A stretch of 64,000 bases of DNA from Nemertoderma westbladi (lineage: Eukaryota; Animalia; Xenacoelomorpha), in NCBI GenBank assembly GCA_032718475.1, contig JAUCBJ010005087.1, positions 740 to 64,739 of the forward strand. The letters are read 5' to 3'. Shown here piece after piece: positions 60,878 through 64,000 of this stretch. The number at the start of each line of letters is the position of its first letter. The stretch's first letter is position 1. The translations under genes and the position numbers were made by a program. The notes beneath the pieces are model-generated. The model saw nothing but the letters and a program-made list of their open reading frames with translations. It did no database searches and was not told where the DNA came from.

Positions 60878-62609
60878 GGATAGTTCTTTTTACAGAACAC
60901 AAGTGAACACACAAGAACACACCCAAAAACACTTAAAAAACTGCCGAACACAATCGAACACTGTCGAAACTAAAAAGAGCACAAAAAAATAACACCGGGT
61001 ACCAACTTTTAGATAAAAATTCGCCTCGCGTTGCTTTTCTATATGTAAATTACCAGAATTATTGAATAAAATTGTCGCGAAATTAAATATTCATTTCTTA
61101 TCAGGAAGGCCTATCATTTGTTCTGTACTGCTGTACTGTATAACAAACTACAGTATGTAGGGAAGCCTACCGGGTACCGTACCTGTCACATATATAGTAA
61201 TAGCGGGTTAGCTAATAGGCCTGTTTGCCTGTGTACTGCAATAGCTTGGGCTGCGATTGATTGCTGAGGATATGAATTAGGAAGTTTTAGTCACGTTACC
61301 CTACGTAGGCCTACTGTACCGGGTGTTCCATAATGATGGACCCCCCCCCCCCCCCCCCCCCCCTGTCCAGCCAATACTGCCAGACATGTACTTTAAGGTA
61401 ATATATCATTCGAAAGATAATTTAATTCTGAGCTTGCATGCAAAAATATAGGGTCCAATACAAAAGTTTATAAATATTTTATAGGCTATTCTTTAAACCA
61501 ATCTCATTTTTCAATATTTTTGATTTAATCACAATTAAAAAAATATAATTTATCCATCGTTAGTCGTCAGCTTTACAACCATGTTTCCCCTTTGCAGCAC
61601 GGGGAGCTCCTCGATAGTGGCAAAGGATGTTGGCCCTTAAAAAGGCCGTTTTGGTTTGAGTTCAGTTTGATTATGCCACAGAATCACAAACCTCTCTAAA
61701 AGTAACATCTCTGATCCTGTCAACCATATGTTTTCTTCAGAGTCATCGAAAATTGCACTGGAACTTGTCATTTTAATTACTTCTGCTAGTCCTAATTCAG
61801 TAAAATCACCAAAGAAACACTAATACCTGTAACTGAATACTGTAATATATTGCAATACAGCAAAAGTCAGCAGTAATAACTGTTATTAACCAAACAGGGC
61901 TGCAACCTGCAAATCTGATGACTAACGCTGGATAAATTATATTTTTTTAAATTGTGATTAAATCACAAATATTTAAAAGTAAAATAGATTTAAAGAATAG
62001 CCTATAAAATTTTTATACTTTTCTATTGGACCCTAAATTTTTGCATGCAAGCTCAGAATTAAATTATCTTTCGAATTATATATTACACTCAAGTACATGT
62101 CTGGCAGTTTTGGCTGGCCAGGGGGGGGGGGGGGGGGGGTGGCAATCAATATGGAATACCCGGTACATGACGTACGGTACAGTACAACACTTCGGTACAA
62201 CATAGGTACCGGTACCTACCTGCCTACTGTACTGCTGCACTGGAATATAAAGAGCTGGGTCCCGGTTTGGCAGAGTGGCAGGTACCGGTAGGAATCTCTA
62301 CCACACTTGCTAACCACACTTAACTTAAGCCTACTACTGTACAATGTTAAATTATTAGTTGTAGACTTAGGCTAGGCCTGAATTGATAAGAAATTAATAT
62401 TTAATTTCGCGACAATTTTATTCAATAATTTCGGGAATTTTCTTATAGAAAAGCAACGCGTGGCTCATTTTATCTAAAAGTTGGTACCCAGTGTTATTTT
62501 TTTGTGCTCTTTCTATTATTCGACTGTGTTCGATTGTGTTCGGCAGTTTTTGGAGTGTGTTCGGGTGTGTTCTACTGTGTTCGCATGTGTTCTGTAAAAA
62601 GATCTATCC
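60878..62609. mobile_element. Mutator-like (MULE) MITE with ~230-bp TIRs
   Basis: GGATAG...CTATCC termini. 9-bp TSD CAGTGTGGA (60869-60877, 62610-62618). Confidence 0.88.
61319..62163. mobile_element. Tc1/mariner-type MITE nested in the MULE
   Basis: TA|CCGGGTGTTCCAT ... ATGGAATACCCGG|TA. ~260-bp inverted arms including poly-C/poly-G runs. Confidence 0.85.
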
Positions 62610-64000
62610 CAGTGTGGATGGTTCTCACCGGACCTGTTAGATACGCGCTGAGGGCACAATATGGATAACTTAGTCGATTGTTGCGAAGCCGGAAACGAAA
62701 ACAGTAGGCCGTCACACGAGGATGTTATATTAAGCTGAAAGCGGGTTTTTTGTCATTTGTGAAGGACTAATTACCTTCTTAAGGAGTGAGGCTTCAATGT
62801 ATTGTCACCGTTTGTTCAAATATTTTTTAAATCTTTTCTAGTTAATTGACAGTTACAGTTTCAAATATCATGAAGATTAATTTGATAAATATATTCCACA
62901 AAACGTGATACTACAGGAACTATGGAAGATACAGGTAGACGTAAACAGTGACGAATTATTTTGATGCAATATTTTTTTCTTACGATTCTTATCAATTACA
63001 AGAGTGGCAGGTTTACAGTAATTTTCCAAAGATACAATATGTTAGTCTTTCAGCTGTGTAAAACTTTATTCAAATTCGTTCAAACAATAATTGATATGAT
63101 AACAACAATTAATTCAATTATTAACTAAATTAGTCATGGTTTAGTGTAATCCCAACCTGGTGGGAATTTAATTAATTAATTATAATTTACTACTTGTAGC
63201 AGCACTGGGAGTATTTAATAAGAGTCATTTGGAGAAGAAAGTCTTTTGTTTCTTAATTTCACCCCCGTTTATCCCTTTCCACATACTCCCACATAGGAGT
63301 ACTGGTTCTACGGCTGCCCTAAATAATCGAACCTTGAGATTCCTTTATATTATTCTATGGGAATTCCAAATTTTGGACAGACTACTCACTGGTGTCCATG
63401 CCTTCCCCTTTCCTTACCAGAAGGATAATCCAATCTATTTGCTTCACTAATTGTTATATTTTGTTTGTATGCAGTTGTTGTATAAATTAATGAAGTCAAC
63501 GAGAGATGAATAAATTCAACCAGAATTCATTTCAATCAACTTATGTATTCAGTAAATTATGGTTACCGGTTATTGTTAGACTTCTGTATTTGATTGAATC
63601 TTTTCAACAATAGAATTGAAAGGGCCAAAGATTATTAAATTAAATAAATGTATTATTCTGTCTCATATTATCAATGATCCATCGTTCCCTCCCTGAAATA
63701 CCTTCTTATTAATTGATTTAACATTTTAATTAATTTATTATGAGACGCTTACTTGATTACTTTATGCATGACTTTATATGATAACGCCGTAGAATACTGC
63801 AAAATTAAAACAGGTTAAACTACAAACGAAATTTAGCGAACATAAATTACCCCTGAGTAAATTATTTAAAAAATAATAATTATTAATTAAATTTAATTAA
63901 ATACAGCGTGACCCCTACTAGTACTAAGGGGACTAAGTTGCAAGTTGCCTGGACTTATGTAAAAAGCCTTGGGACTTTAGAACCCGTGGGACTTTTTAAT

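Overview
This is AT-rich animal genomic DNA, probably from an invertebrate, made almost entirely of transposable elements and tandem repeats. No complete host gene is recognisable. Two TSD-bounded BEL/Pao LTR elements dominate. Element A (1162-8976, +) has 551-bp LTRs differing at one site seen by eye and encodes only Gag plus protease. Element B (33655-49812, -) is 16.2 kb with 1199-bp LTRs, a decayed gag-PR-RT-RH-IN and an extra non-env ORF; it sits inside an RTE LINE that is itself inserted in a 31-bp minisatellite. The most striking signal is that neither element has a tRNA-type (TGG...) primer-binding site. In both, the bases directly after the 5' LTR are the exact reverse complement of a segment inside their own LTR (9 nt in A, 12 nt in B). 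This is the geometry of Tf1-style self-primed reverse transcription, which I know only from Ty3/gypsy elements. The window is also full of TA-[CAG/CTG/CCGG/GGCC]-TA insertions that look like DNA-transposon excision footprints, several checkable against empty paralogous copies. The rest comprises MITEs (Kolobok-, hAT-, MULE- and Tc1-like), tRNA SINEs, DINE/Helentron-like repeats and LINE fragments. All coordinates and mismatch counts were read by eye.
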